From: Arenicellales bacterium
Lineage (GTDB): Bacteria > Pseudomonadota > Gammaproteobacteria > Arenicellales > Poriferihabitantaceae
NCBI GenBank assembly: GCA_963422685.1
Contig: OY730442.1
Location: 1,327,085-1,391,084 of the forward strand
Direction of reading: 5' to 3'
Length of the DNA: 64,000 bases
The notes beneath the pieces are model-generated. The model was not told the DNA's origin. It saw nothing but the letters and a program-made list of their open reading frames with translations, and made no database searches. Below are positions 1 through 9,411 of this stretch, in pieces. A program made the translations under genes and the position numbers. The first letter of the stretch is position 1; the number at the start of each line of letters is the position of its first letter.

Positions 1-383
1 AGAAATGTTATTGGCACCGACGAGAATTTACGTTAAATCCATTCTTACGTTACTGGAATCGGCACGAGTGACCGCCATATCTCATACTTACCGGCGGCGG
101 CCTGACGGAGAATTTGCCCCGGGTTTTGCCCGCCGGAACCAGTGCCCGGATATGGAAATCCCGCTGGGATTTACCGCCGCTGTTTGATTGGTTGCAACGA
201 CATGGAAATATTGAAGAAACAGAAATGCTCCGAACATTCAATTGCGGCATTGGCATGGCGGTTTGCGTAGATTCTGCCGATACAGACGCCGCGACAGCCT
301 GCTTGAATGAATCGGGTGAGCAGGTTTTCAGGCTGGGGGAAATTGTTGAATCCGAACACAGCGAAGTGATATTTCAGGATTAA
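1..383 (+). pseudogene. purM: purM (AIR synthetase) C-terminal part, interrupted by a +1 frameshift near nt 86
   Basis: Frame 2 (nt 5-85) reads LLAPTRIYVKSILTLLESARVTAISH. Frame 3 from nt 90 reads TGGGLTENLPRVLPAGTSARI...RTFNCGIGMAVCV...VIFQD*. Together these match the PurM C-terminal half (E. coli ...AHLTGGGFWENIPRVLP...RTFNCGVGM). Between CAT (83-85) and ACC (90-92) there are 4 nt (ACTT) where one codon is expected. The 5' part lies outside the window. Confidence 0.8.
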
Positions 384-829
384 ATGTCGAATTCTACAAT
401 CAATCTGGTAATACTCATTTCCGGCGGCGGCAGCAACCTTCAATCCATTATTGACAGCATCCGGGCCGGCTTTATGCGCATCCTGAGCAGGAATTTTATT
501 CAACGTTTCAAGGACATATTGTCAATATTCACCCCTCCTTGCTGCCCAGACACCGGGGCCTGGACACGCACAGGCGGGTTATGGATTCGGGGGATAAAAT
601 TCACGGCGCCACAGTACACTTCGTCACCGAGGAGCTCGATAACGGCCCGATAATCATACAGGCACAAATTGACGTAACCGACCAGGACAATGCCGCCAGC
701 CTGCAAAAAAAAGTATTGCAGCAGGAACATCGGATCTATCCCCGAGCCATCCAGTGGATTACCCGGGGTAAGGTGAGCTTCGATAATCCGGCGCCGGAGC
801 ACCCATGCGCCAACGCATCGGCCAGCTAA
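384..829 (+). pseudogene. purN: purN (GAR transformylase) with a roughly 65-codon internal in-frame deletion plus a frameshift
   Basis: MSNSTINLVILISGGGSNLQSIIDSIRAG joins directly to FMRILSRNFIQRFKD, whereas E. coli PurN has about 65 residues between IIDA and LAGFMRILS. After FKD (nt ~515-530) the reading frame changes to IVNIHPSLLPRHRGLDTHRRVMDSGDKIHGATVHFVTEELDNGPIIIQ...EHRIYP. Confidence 0.8.
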
Positions 830-831
830 AA

Positions 832-1542
832 ATGCCCGGAACAGGATTGATTTATACGAACAAAGCTGCGGTAATTTACCTGTTGCTTTTGCTGGGCTGG
901 CTGCCCGCCCAGGCGGCCAACCTGGAAAACCAGACGCTGCGCTATTCGGTTCAATACCGCACTCAAAATGCCGGAGAACTGGAAATAATTATCAGTGGCG
1001 AGGGTGACCGCATCAAAACCACAGTGACCAGTCATTTGAGCGCCATCGCAAAGATATTTATAGACGATTTAACCGAGGAAACCTGGTTCAGCATCCATGG
1101 AGACGGGGTGCGCGTTGAGCGAGGGCATACCCTTTCCCACGACATGCAGACTGTGAAGCGAGGTTATTTCATCGACAGACAAAATAACCGGATCCAGTAT
1201 GACGACGGTGAATCTGTGGCCGTGGAATCCATCGCTATTTTTGAGTCCGCTGCCTTTCCGCTGGTATTGATCAACAGCGACATCGGCGCTATCGAAGGGC
1301 AGATAATCCGGGAAATCAGCCCGAAACGGGTTCAGCGGTATATTTATCTGGCGCCGGAACAACAGACCCTGCCACTGCATGGTAAAAACCACCACACCTG
1401 GAAGGTCACCAGACACAAATCGGGCGACCCTTCCCGCACCGTAACGGTGTGGCTGGATCGAAAAAACCGCAACACGCCGTTGCAAATCATCTCCACGCGC
1501 AAAGGCAAAGATACCGTGATGCGGTTGATCGATAATCCCTGA
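832..1542 (+). CDS. DUF3108-like secreted protein
   Basis: Signal-peptide-like N-terminus (KAAVIYLLLLLGWLPAQAAN). It sits right after purMN, as in Pseudomonas-type genomes. The family name is from memory. Start set at the second ATG (MPGTG...) of ORF 805-1542. Confidence 0.55.
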   Translation: MPGTGLIYTNKAAVIYLLLLLGWLPAQAANLENQTLRYSVQYRTQNAGELEIIISGEGDRIKTTVTSHLSAIAKIFIDDLTEETWFSIHGDGVRVERGHTLSHDMQTVKRGYFIDRQNNRIQYDDGESVAVESIAIFESAAFPLVLINSDIGAIEGQIIREISPKRVQRYIYLAPEQQTLPLHGKNHHTWKVTRHKSGDPSRTVTVWLDRKNRNTPLQIISTRKGKDTVMRLIDNP

Positions 1543-1592
1543 GCGGCTATCGATTATCAGGACGTCAGGACCCGCCGACCCTGGCCAGACCC

Positions 1593-2354
1593 TTATTCAT
1601 TAATCAACAAAGACAACTCATGCGCGGCCTGTTGTAATCTGGGAATGTATGCACGCGCCGATTCAAGCGCCATCCGTACTACCGGCGCATGAAAAGCCGC
1701 AGCAGAATAAAAACGCCCCTGTGAATCTTTGATCGGCACAGCCAGGGCAATCATGCCATCGACGAATTCTTCGTTATCCACACCGACTTCAGTCTCTCGC
1801 ACCATTTCAAGTTCCTGTAAAAGCCGCTCGGGCTGGCTGATGGTATTTATAGTCTCGGCGGATAAATCAAGATTTGCGGTAATACCCGTTCGCATTTGCC
1901 TGGACAAACTGCTGAGATAAAGTTTGCCGCTGGCGGTGCAGTGCAGCGGTACCCGGGTGCCCACCGGAAATTGCAGACGCAGCGGCCACTGGGTTTCTAC
2001 CCGGTCCGAATAAACCATTTGCGAACCGTCGGGATAAGCAATGTTGCAGGTCTCACCAATATCCCTGGACAGCGACATCAAAATAGCATGGCGCTGCGCC
2101 CGGTGCCGGGAGTGCGACAACACTCCCACCGCAAGCGTCTGCAATCGCGGGCCAGGCATGTAGCGTTTCCCATCCAGTCGCTTTTGCAGATAGCCCTGCT
2201 GTTCCAGCTGATTGCAAATACGGTGGGCGGTGGCCTTGGGCAGATTCAACCCGTCATTCAGTTCAGTGGCGGTGACCGGTCGGTCGGCGCTGGCGATTTG
2301 ATCAAGTATGTCCAGCACCCGCATGATGGTTGATCCGCGCTCGCGCTTATTCAT
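1593..2354 (-). CDS. IclR-family transcriptional regulator
   Basis: 253 aa with an N-terminal wHTH (VTATELNDGLNLPKATAHRICNQLEQQGYL) and a C-terminal IclR-type effector domain pattern. Divergent from the GMC oxidoreductase gene. Confidence 0.8.
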   Translation of the reverse strand: MNKRERGSTIMRVLDILDQIASADRPVTATELNDGLNLPKATAHRICNQLEQQGYLQKRLDGKRYMPGPRLQTLAVGVLSHSRHRAQRHAILMSLSRDIGETCNIAYPDGSQMVYSDRVETQWPLRLQFPVGTRVPLHCTASGKLYLSSLSRQMRTGITANLDLSAETINTISQPERLLQELEMVRETEVGVDNEEFVDGMIALAVPIKDSQGRFYSAAAFHAPVVRMALESARAYIPRLQQAAHELSLLINE

Positions 2355-2441
2355 TGGTAATTTGATTTTGGCACTATGATTTTTTCAGGCAAACGATTAA
2401 CCCTACTGCAAGCCTGTGGCATAACAAACCCGATTAATCAG

Positions 2442-2468
2442 TATAATGAGACCAGTTGTATCATTATA
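2442..2468. promoter_or_regulatory. inverted repeat TATAATGA-N11-TCATTATA in the divergent IclR/GMC promoter region (candidate operator)
   Basis: Read directly from the sequence. Lies between divergently transcribed genes, one of which is a regulator. No experimental or family-specific motif knowledge was used. Confidence 0.3.
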
Positions 2469-2533
2469 AGACAATCTCAAGACCAGCTTTGACTGATAAT
2501 CCGCAATCCCCACAGGCCTGATCCGAACAGTAT

Positions 2534-4144
2534 ATGAAAACAGCCGATCAAAATTATGATTTTATCGTCATCGGCGCCGGTTCCGCTGGCTGCGTCATTG
2601 CAAACCGGTTAAGCGCAAACCCGGCGCATCGTGTGCTGCTGCTGGAAGCAGGGGGAAAGGATGCTTATCCGTGGATACACATTCCGGTTGGATATTTCAA
2701 AACCATGCACAACCCCAGGGTAGACTGGTGTTATCAAACCGACCCCGACCCGGGAATAAACGGACGGCAACTGAAATGGCCAAGAGGCAAGATACTGGGC
2801 GGGTCAAGCTCGCTCAATGGCTTGCTTTATGTGCGCGGTCAATCCCGGGACTACGACGACTGGGCAGCGGCGGGAAACCCGGGCTGGTCATTCAAAGAGG
2901 TATTGCCGCATTTCATAAAATCCGAAGATCAGGCGCGGGGCGCCATTCCATTGCATGGCGTGGGCGGGCCCCAGAAAGTTTCGGATATTCGTCTGCGCAG
3001 CGGGGTCACTGACGCATTTATTGAGGCCGCCCGGCAGGCCGGGATACCGGCCAATGACGACTTCAACGGCGCCACCCAGGAGGGCGTTGGCTACTTCCAG
3101 CTAACCACCCACAACGGACGACGCTGGAGTACCGCCCGGGGTTATCTGAAACCGGTTCGCAATCGTACCAATCTGGATATTATTACCAAAGCACACGTTA
3201 CCAGGTTGATCGCCCGGGGTAACCGAATCTGTGGCGCGGTATTCATCGCTGGAAACCGAAACCACAATATACATTGCAGCAAAGAGATCATATTAAGCGC
3301 AGGCGCAATCGGATCACCCCACATTCTGCAGCTTTCGGGTATCGGGTCGGGCCAGCACAGCCAAAGCCTGGATATTCCTGTGATTCACGATTTGGCCGGA
3401 GTGGGTCAGAATCTCCAGGATCACCTGCAAATTCGTGCGGTTTATAAAACCACCCGGCCCACACTCAACGATGAAATCAGCAGCCCCTGGCGCAAGCTCT
3501 TGATTGGATTAGAGTATATCGCCCGCCGCAGCGGCCCGATGACCATGGCGGCGAGCCAGGTGGCCATCTTTACCCGCTCGCACCACGCCGCAAAACGACC
3601 GGATATTCAGTTCCACTTCCAGCCGTTAAGCTCCGACAACCCGGGCGAGGGCACGCATAAATTTTCGGCGTTTACGTCATCGGTTTGCCAGCTAAGGCCT
3701 GGCAGCCGTGGATACCTGAGAATTCGCTCACCCGATCCGATGGTTCATCCCGCGCTTCAACCCAATTATTTATCCACCGAAGAAGACTGTCGGATTGCCG
3801 TTGCGGCGATGAAAATTTCCCGGCAGATCGCCTCTATGCCAGCGCTGAAAGATTTTATCCTGAGCGAATACGACCCTGGAGATCATGTGGTGAGTGATGA
3901 ACAATTGCTGCAGCACGCCCGCAACACTGGGACGACTATTTACCATCCAAGCTGTACCTGCAAAATGGGGCCGGCATCAGACCCGATGGCGGTTGTTGAT
4001 CACCAGCTTCGTGTGCACGGTCTGGTCGGGCTGCGCGTTGCCGATGCTTCCATCATGCCGAATATCATTTCCGGGAATACCAACGCGCCGAGTATCATGA
4101 TTGGAGAAAAATGCGCCGACATGGTGCGGCAGGCGTGGCAGTAA
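2534..4144 (+). CDS. GMC-family FAD oxidoreductase (choline dehydrogenase-like)
   Basis: 536 aa. N-terminal FAD motif [33 protein letters not shown], and C-terminal [11 protein letters not shown]...ADASIMP. Confidence 0.85.
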   Translation: MKTADQNYDFIVIGAGSAGCVIANRLSANPAHRVLLLEAGGKDAYPWIHIPVGYFKTMHNPRVDWCYQTDPDPGINGRQLKWPRGKILGGSSSLNGLLYVRGQSRDYDDWAAAGNPGWSFKEVLPHFIKSEDQARGAIPLHGVGGPQKVSDIRLRSGVTDAFIEAARQAGIPANDDFNGATQEGVGYFQLTTHNGRRWSTARGYLKPVRNRTNLDIITKAHVTRLIARGNRICGAVFIAGNRNHNIHCSKEIILSAGAIGSPHILQLSGIGSGQHSQSLDIPVIHDLAGVGQNLQDHLQIRAVYKTTRPTLNDEISSPWRKLLIGLEYIARRSGPMTMAASQVAIFTRSHHAAKRPDIQFHFQPLSSDNPGEGTHKFSAFTSSVCQLRPGSRGYLRIRSPDPMVHPALQPNYLSTEEDCRIAVAAMKISRQIASMPALKDFILSEYDPGDHVVSDEQLLQHARNTGTTIYHPSCTCKMGPASDPMAVVDHQLRVHGLVGLRVADASIMPNIISGNTNAPSIMIGEKCADMVRQAWQ

Positions 4145-4220
4145 ACGACTCATTTATGTCGATATTCGCCGCCCATGTTTAGCGCCGATATGCCGGGTTT
4201 TTTACGTGGTTGAAAGGCTC

Positions 4221-5363
4221 ATGCTCCGAGCGGCCAGCATCCGCCAGTTGCGCCGGCTCGCATGTCGCCGTATACCCGGATACGCCTTCGACTACCTGGC
4301 TGGCGGTTGCATGGCCGACTGTGCGCTAACCCGTAACCGCGCAGACCTCGACCGGGTCCAGCTTCATCCGCATTATCTTAAACCTGGAACCGCTGTTGAG
4401 CCCGACTGCACCTTGTTTGGGCAATCGTTTGGCTTCCCCTGCGGCGTTTCTCCCATCGGGCTGAGCGGTCTGATCTGGCCGCGGTCGACCGAGTTTCTGG
4501 CCGCAGCAGCGAAACAGGCCAACATCCCGTTCATTCTCAGCACCGTGGCATCCACTGCCATTGAAACTGCGGCACGTTATGCCGAAGATCGATTCTGGTT
4601 CCAGCTTTACCCGCCGCCAGACCGGGCAGTCAGCCTGGACCTGATGCGGCGAGCCAAAGACACCGGATGCAAACATTTGGTGGTCACCATTGATGTCCCC
4701 GCGCTGGGGCGGCGCCCCAGAGACATCCATAACGGACTCGGTATGCCGCCGGCGATCACGGTCAAAAACATCTGGCAGTCCATGCTTCGACCAGCCTGGA
4801 GCATGGCCACGCTGCGCACCGGCGTCCCCCGATTCGAAACGCTGGAACCGTATATGGGAGAGAAGATCAAACTGAAAGGCGCAACAAATTACGTCCGCAA
4901 TGCCTTTAAGGAACCGGTTGACGAAAATGTACTGAAAATAATTCGTGACCAGTGGCCGCATCACCTCATCGTCAAAGGCATTCTGACTGTGGATGATGCG
5001 CACAGAGCCATAACCGCAGGCGCCGACGGATTGATCATTTCCAACCATGGCGGGCGCCAGTTGGATGCTGCACCCTCGACAATTTCGGTCACCCGCGAGA
5101 TTGCCGATGCGGTGCGCGGCAAAGCGGTGGTGATGGCTGACAGCGGCGTGGAATCCGGGGTTGATATCGCACGATTTCTGGCAAACGGCGCACAAATGGT
5201 ATTTGCCGGACGCGCTTTCATGTACGGGGTCGGGGCACTGGGAAAGCGCGGCGCAATCCATGCCATCCATATTCTCGAAGCGGAGTTTGGTCAAACCCTG
5301 GGCCAACTCGGATGCCGGCGCCCTGTGGATCTGCCTGAACATTCAGGCAGCTTTGCCGGTTGA
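4221..5363 (+). CDS. FMN-dependent alpha-hydroxy acid dehydrogenase (L-lactate / mandelate dehydrogenase family)
   Basis: YAFDYLAGG..., FWFQLY, ISNHGGRQLD, and MADSGVESGVDIARFLANGA motifs. Start moved to ATG 4221 (MLRAASIRQL...) because the upstream 40 codons overlap the end of the GMC gene. Confidence 0.8.
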   Translation: MLRAASIRQLRRLACRRIPGYAFDYLAGGCMADCALTRNRADLDRVQLHPHYLKPGTAVEPDCTLFGQSFGFPCGVSPIGLSGLIWPRSTEFLAAAAKQANIPFILSTVASTAIETAARYAEDRFWFQLYPPPDRAVSLDLMRRAKDTGCKHLVVTIDVPALGRRPRDIHNGLGMPPAITVKNIWQSMLRPAWSMATLRTGVPRFETLEPYMGEKIKLKGATNYVRNAFKEPVDENVLKIIRDQWPHHLIVKGILTVDDAHRAITAGADGLIISNHGGRQLDAAPSTISVTREIADAVRGKAVVMADSGVESGVDIARFLANGAQMVFAGRAFMYGVGALGKRGAIHAIHILEAEFGQTLGQLGCRRPVDLPEHSGSFAG

Positions 5364-5509
5364 TTTCCGTTGTTTCCGAAAGGCCCGGGCTCAGATGGAT
5401 ATGGCCTGTCGCCGACGCCCATGCGATCAGGGCGATTGCAGGTTTGTACAAACTCGAATTACCGGTAAACCTGTTACTGTGCATCAAGGCAAATCGAACC
5501 CGTGAATTT

Positions 5510-6166
5510 ATGCAAACACGTTTGGACCATATCGTAATTGCGGCCAGAACATTGGATGAGGGAGCCAACTATGTAAGGCGGCTGTTGGGCGTTGAAATCC
5601 CTGACGGGGGCCGGCATGAAATCATGGGAACGCATAACCGGGTCATGTCACTGGGCGCGGGAGTTTATCTGGAGGTGATTGCGGTAAATCCTGAAATGCG
5701 GCCGCCGGCATACCCGCGCTGGTTCGGGCTGGACGACCCGCATATTCAGCAGACACTCCACCGTGGCCCCGCATTGCTGACATGGGCGGTGAACACCGAT
5801 GACCTGGATTCACTGGTCAGGAACAGCGCCGTCAGTCTGGGCGAAGTGAAACCGGCACAACGGGATAACCTGAGATGGAAGGCGGCGCTCACCGAGGACG
5901 GGCGTATGCCGGGCGCCGGATTTGTGCCGCTGTGTATCCAGTGGCAGGTGGATTTTCATCCATCGCAATTCATGCACAACCCCGGTTGCAGTATTAACTC
6001 GCTAACGCTTTATCATGCCAAATACCATTGGCTGGCAAATGCACTTGAATCTATTGGTGCGAATAATCTGGTAACCATCAAGCCATTAGCAGAAAACAAA
6101 CCGGCGTACATGGAGCTTGACCTGACTTGTCCGCGTGGTAACGTACTCATATCCAGCAAGCATTAG
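5510..6166 (+). CDS. glyoxalase-like (VOC superfamily) domain protein
   Basis: MQTRLDHIVIAARTLDEGANYVRRLLGVEIPDGGRHEIMGTHNRVMSLGAGVYLEVIAVNP resembles the glyoxalase-like domain family. Start chosen at ATG 5510 within ORF 5360-6166. Confidence 0.55.
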   Translation: MQTRLDHIVIAARTLDEGANYVRRLLGVEIPDGGRHEIMGTHNRVMSLGAGVYLEVIAVNPEMRPPAYPRWFGLDDPHIQQTLHRGPALLTWAVNTDDLDSLVRNSAVSLGEVKPAQRDNLRWKAALTEDGRMPGAGFVPLCIQWQVDFHPSQFMHNPGCSINSLTLYHAKYHWLANALESIGANNLVTIKPLAENKPAYMELDLTCPRGNVLISSKH

Positions 6167-6174
6167 GCGCTAAA

Positions 6175-6837
6175 ATGTCAAAGAATCCATTTGATCATAA
6201 AGATGAGCTTTACCAATATATCAAGTCGGTTTCTGTGCGGGAAACCAGGGAGCAGGTGTTGCTCAGGCAGATGACTCAGGAGCTCAGCAACGCCGGTATG
6301 CAGATTTCGCCGGATCAGGGTCAGTTTATGGCCATGCTGGTAAAGTTGACCGGGGCCAGGGAGATTATTGAAATTGGCACATTCACTGGCTACAGTGCGT
6401 TGTCCATGGCGCTGGCCCTGCCTGCAGACGGGCGGCTGACAGCGTGTGATGTTAAACGTGAATGGATCAACATGGGTAGACCGTTCTGGCAGCAAGCAGG
6501 GGTGGATAATAAAATTGATGTTCGAATCGGACCCGCCGCCGCGACCCTTGACGCGCTCATCGCCCGGGGTAATCAGAACCGCTTTGATATGGCGTTTATC
6601 GATGCTGATAAAACCAGCTATGCTATTTACTACGAAAAAACCTTGCAGCTTGTCCGCCCGGATGGGCTGATTCTGGTGGACAATGTTTTTTGGAGCGGCG
6701 CAGTCATTGATGACCATGACCACAGCGATGATGCGGTCAGCATCAGGAATTTCAACCAACTGGTCAGCAAAGACCAGCGAGTGGATATTTCGATGCTCTG
6801 TATCGGCGACGGATTGTTTTTGATTAGAAAGAAATAG
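6175..6837 (+). CDS. class I SAM-dependent O-methyltransferase (caffeoyl-CoA OMT-like)
   Basis: 220 aa with EIGTFTGYSALSMALAL and DMAFIDADKTSY motifs typical of cation-dependent O-methyltransferases. Confidence 0.75.
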   Translation: MSKNPFDHKDELYQYIKSVSVRETREQVLLRQMTQELSNAGMQISPDQGQFMAMLVKLTGAREIIEIGTFTGYSALSMALALPADGRLTACDVKREWINMGRPFWQQAGVDNKIDVRIGPAAATLDALIARGNQNRFDMAFIDADKTSYAIYYEKTLQLVRPDGLILVDNVFWSGAVIDDHDHSDDAVSIRNFNQLVSKDQRVDISMLCIGDGLFLIRKK

Positions 6838-6934
6838 ACTGGATTCGGGTTTGTCGGGGGCAGATCAAACCCCTAACTTTGTTGTCGATGACAGCATGAC
6901 AATAACCGCAATAATAAGAGCACATAAAGATGGC

Positions 6935-7702
6935 CTAGGCCAGTGGCCGGTTAAATAACGAACCAAACTGCGGAAGTTTGTCGTCAATCCCGGCCAGGCG
7001 CAGGCTGTGCCAGGCCATGGCGTGATTGGAAGAGGTTAATGGAATGCCGATACTGGTTTCCAGTTGTTTACATGCTTCGACCAAGCGTACTGATGTGCAG
7101 GAAACGAAAACCGCATCTACCTCGGCATGTTTGATAATTGTGCGAATCCCTTTCTCTACGGATTCCGGAGTTATGCGGGAAACGCTGGTATCCCGGTTCT
7201 CATTAAACGAACCGAATACCGGCACCTTGACCCCTCGCTCGTCCATGTATTTTGCGACGATTTTATTTACATCGGCGGAGTAAGGGGTCAAAACCGCTAT
7301 GCGTTTCGCATTGAAGGCTTTAAACGCGGCAAATGCGCCGGTAATCGGCGTGGTGCACCTGGCATCAGGCTGCGCCGCCCGAATATGCGCAAATACCTTT
7401 TCTTCGCCGATGGCCATTGTGGCAGAGGTGCAGCCATAGGCTACCACATCCAGCGATGTGTCCGGGGTGATCAGGTTTGCACTGGCGGTTATGCGCGGCG
7501 CCATTGCTGTGAGTGATTCAGGGGTAACGACATCGTCGTTGAGGATTCGGCTGTGGTACAGCGCCACACCATGGAGATGATAAAAAATCTGCTGCCACTC
7601 GTGCTCGATGGTGTAGTCCGTAGCCAGCACGATCAGGCCGATTTTTGCCCGGGCCGCGATACCGGCATCCAGTTCACGGGGCAGGTGTTCAATCAGGGTC
7701 AT
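6935..7702 (-). CDS. Asp/Glu/hydantoin racemase superfamily protein (maleate isomerase / arylmalonate decarboxylase-like)
   Basis: IGLIVLATDYTIEHEW, YGCTSATM and FVSCTSVRL (two Cys motifs). Start set at ATG 7702 (MTLIEHLPRELD). The ORF-track version (to 7882) runs into the upstream module. Confidence 0.7.
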   Translation of the reverse strand: MTLIEHLPRELDAGIAARAKIGLIVLATDYTIEHEWQQIFYHLHGVALYHSRILNDDVVTPESLTAMAPRITASANLITPDTSLDVVAYGCTSATMAIGEEKVFAHIRAAQPDARCTTPITGAFAAFKAFNAKRIAVLTPYSADVNKIVAKYMDERGVKVPVFGSFNENRDTSVSRITPESVEKGIRTIIKHAEVDAVFVSCTSVRLVEACKQLETSIGIPLTSSNHAMAWHSLRLAGIDDKLPQFGSLFNRPLA

Positions 7703-8027
7703 TGCCGGGGGTTTTTGTTTTAATGCGATAGTCTTCTTTATTGGATATATCACATAGCCTGCGTCCATACCAGATTTTACGTTGATCGCTGGCGTCCCAC
7801 TCAAGGTCGTTTGAGGCAAGTGTTGACCACTTGATGCTGCCGATAACCCAGTTAGGGTCACCTTTTCGGGCATTCTGTTCACAGATACGCATGTATTCCC
7901 TGATGGTTATGGCCTTACGATACTTTTCGTACCGGGCACGAACCTTTGAACCAAACCTCTTGGGGTTGTCAATGTACTTTATTCGCACCTCATAAGGAAA
8001 GTTGTATTGTTTACCGTCTATAGTCAC
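7689..8027 (-). other. small ORF module, copy A (NPKR..RYEKY..YMRIC..DLEWD), whose 3' end changes frame into the downstream racemase-family gene
   Basis: 112-codon ORF with a GTG start. KYIDNPKRFGSKVRARYEKYRKAITIREYMRICEQN...DLEWD aligns with the N-terminal extension of hemB at 47391-47705. Details are in the findings. Confidence 0.5.
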
Positions 8028-8287
8028 TGAAAGTATTTTCGGGTTTGTTTTGGTTTTTCGTAGTCTGGTTAGAGAAAAGTATTGAAGACATTATTGATGG
8101 TCTGCCGGATTGCGATCATTGCGCTCTCGCAGACGTTCAACCGCAACATTCTGAATGGAACGCCCGGTATCGTAAACCAGAATTGATGGATAAATCGGCG
8201 CATGACCTGCGCTGGTCGGCCCGGATGCTTGCAGAGGGTTTGTGAGGGCATACTAAAATTGTATTTGTCGCTTCCTTGTCTGTCGAA

Positions 8288-9058
8288 ATGAAAAACCAGT
8301 ACGACCCTAAAAATATCGCATCCATGGAAATGATCTATGGCGAGGGGTATCTCTCCGCCGGCGGGGACGCCGGGGTAGCCGCGATTGTCGGCGGTCTGGA
8401 ACTGGCCGGAAAGCGGGTTCTGGCGGTCGGCTGCGGTCTGGGCGGCGAGTTAATCACGCTCGCAAGGGATCATAAAGCCGGGCACGTGCACGGCATTGAT
8501 ATTGATGCCAGGGTGCTGGGAAGAGCCAGGGAACTGGTTAGCAGGGAAAATTTAACCGACAGGATTTCTCTGACTAAAACCGGGCCTGGCCCCATGCCTT
8601 TTGACAACAACCAGTTTGATATTGTCTATGCGACCGCGGTGACCTGCCATTTTCAAACGCTGGAACCCTTCTTTAAAGAGGCGTTGCGGGTCTTGCAGAC
8701 TGGCGGGAAAATAGTGGGACGGGAATGGTTCAGGATTGCAGACAACCCAGCCTATCATGCGTGGGATGACTGGTTGCGCAACCAGGGATTAAACTTTTAT
8801 TTCGTCGGGACTGAAGCATTCTCTGCGTCGATGACAGATTGCGGTTTTACAGACGTCTCTATTATTGACCGCACTGCGATGATTGCAGATCTGGCGGTCA
8901 ATGCAATGACCAGGGTGGACAATGCGCTTAAAGCCGATCTGATCAGAGTGCTGGGTAATGCCGGATATCAGTCCTGCAAAAACTGGACGGCTATACGCGC
9001 CAGGGCGTTGACCAGCGGCGGTATTGGCCAGGGTCAGTTCTGTGCAACCAGGCCGTAA
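8288..9058 (+). CDS. class I SAM-dependent methyltransferase
   Basis: VLAVGCGLGGELITLA (motif I), DIVYATAVTCHF, LQTGGKIVGREW. The N-terminus MEMIYGEGYLSAGG is reminiscent of phosphoethanolamine N-methyltransferase-like enzymes. ATG 8288 is preferred over TTG 8276. Confidence 0.7.
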   Translation: MKNQYDPKNIASMEMIYGEGYLSAGGDAGVAAIVGGLELAGKRVLAVGCGLGGELITLARDHKAGHVHGIDIDARVLGRARELVSRENLTDRISLTKTGPGPMPFDNNQFDIVYATAVTCHFQTLEPFFKEALRVLQTGGKIVGREWFRIADNPAYHAWDDWLRNQGLNFYFVGTEAFSASMTDCGFTDVSIIDRTAMIADLAVNAMTRVDNALKADLIRVLGNAGYQSCKNWTAIRARALTSGGIGQGQFCATRP

Positions 9059-9225
9059 CCGGATTACTGTCGCCGAATAACCCGTCCTGGTCTGGTCGAA
9101 ACCTTTGAGGCAGACTCTGGTTTCATAATAAAATGCGGCGCGGGAATCCCCTGCCACTGTTATCGTGCGGCTGCAGATCTATATGCGGGTCGGTGAAAGC
9201 ATAAAAGAACATCTGGAATACCGGA

Positions 9226-9241
9226 TGTTTCACGTGAAACA
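9226..9241. promoter_or_regulatory. parS: parS site (TGTTTCACGTGAAACA)
   Basis: Perfect 16-bp palindrome matching the ParB-binding consensus TGTTNCACGTGAAACA. Lies in a convergent intergenic region. Confidence 0.8.
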
Positions 9242-9300
9242 AATTGCAAGATCCGGGCTTAATTATCCAATCCAACAATGGGCAGGCGTCACTTTTATTA

Positions 9301-9316
9301 TGTTTCACGTGAAACA
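9301..9316. promoter_or_regulatory. parS: parS site (TGTTTCACGTGAAACA), second copy 75 bp from the first
   Basis: Identical 16-mer. The flanking A/T extends it to an 18-bp palindrome (9300-9317). Confidence 0.8.
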
Positions 9317-9411
9317 TAATCCCCCAAGGATTCCCGCCAGATGGTTTTGTCCCGGGGGATTATGATGTCCCGTCACAGGAAAGCGAAACAGAATCACCTG
9401 ACACCCGGCAA

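Noticed and set aside
4326-5342. 338-aa ORF on the minus strand
   Set aside because: It lies entirely antisense to the well-supported FMN-dependent dehydrogenase gene. Its composition is Arg/Gly/Ala/His-rich, typical of a shadow frame, and no motif was recognised.
9123-9365. Overlapping 64- and 66-codon ORFs containing MFHVKH
   Set aside because: The repeated MFHVKH peptides are just the translation of the palindromic parS sites (ATGTTTCACGTGAAACA) on both strands. There is no other coding signal.
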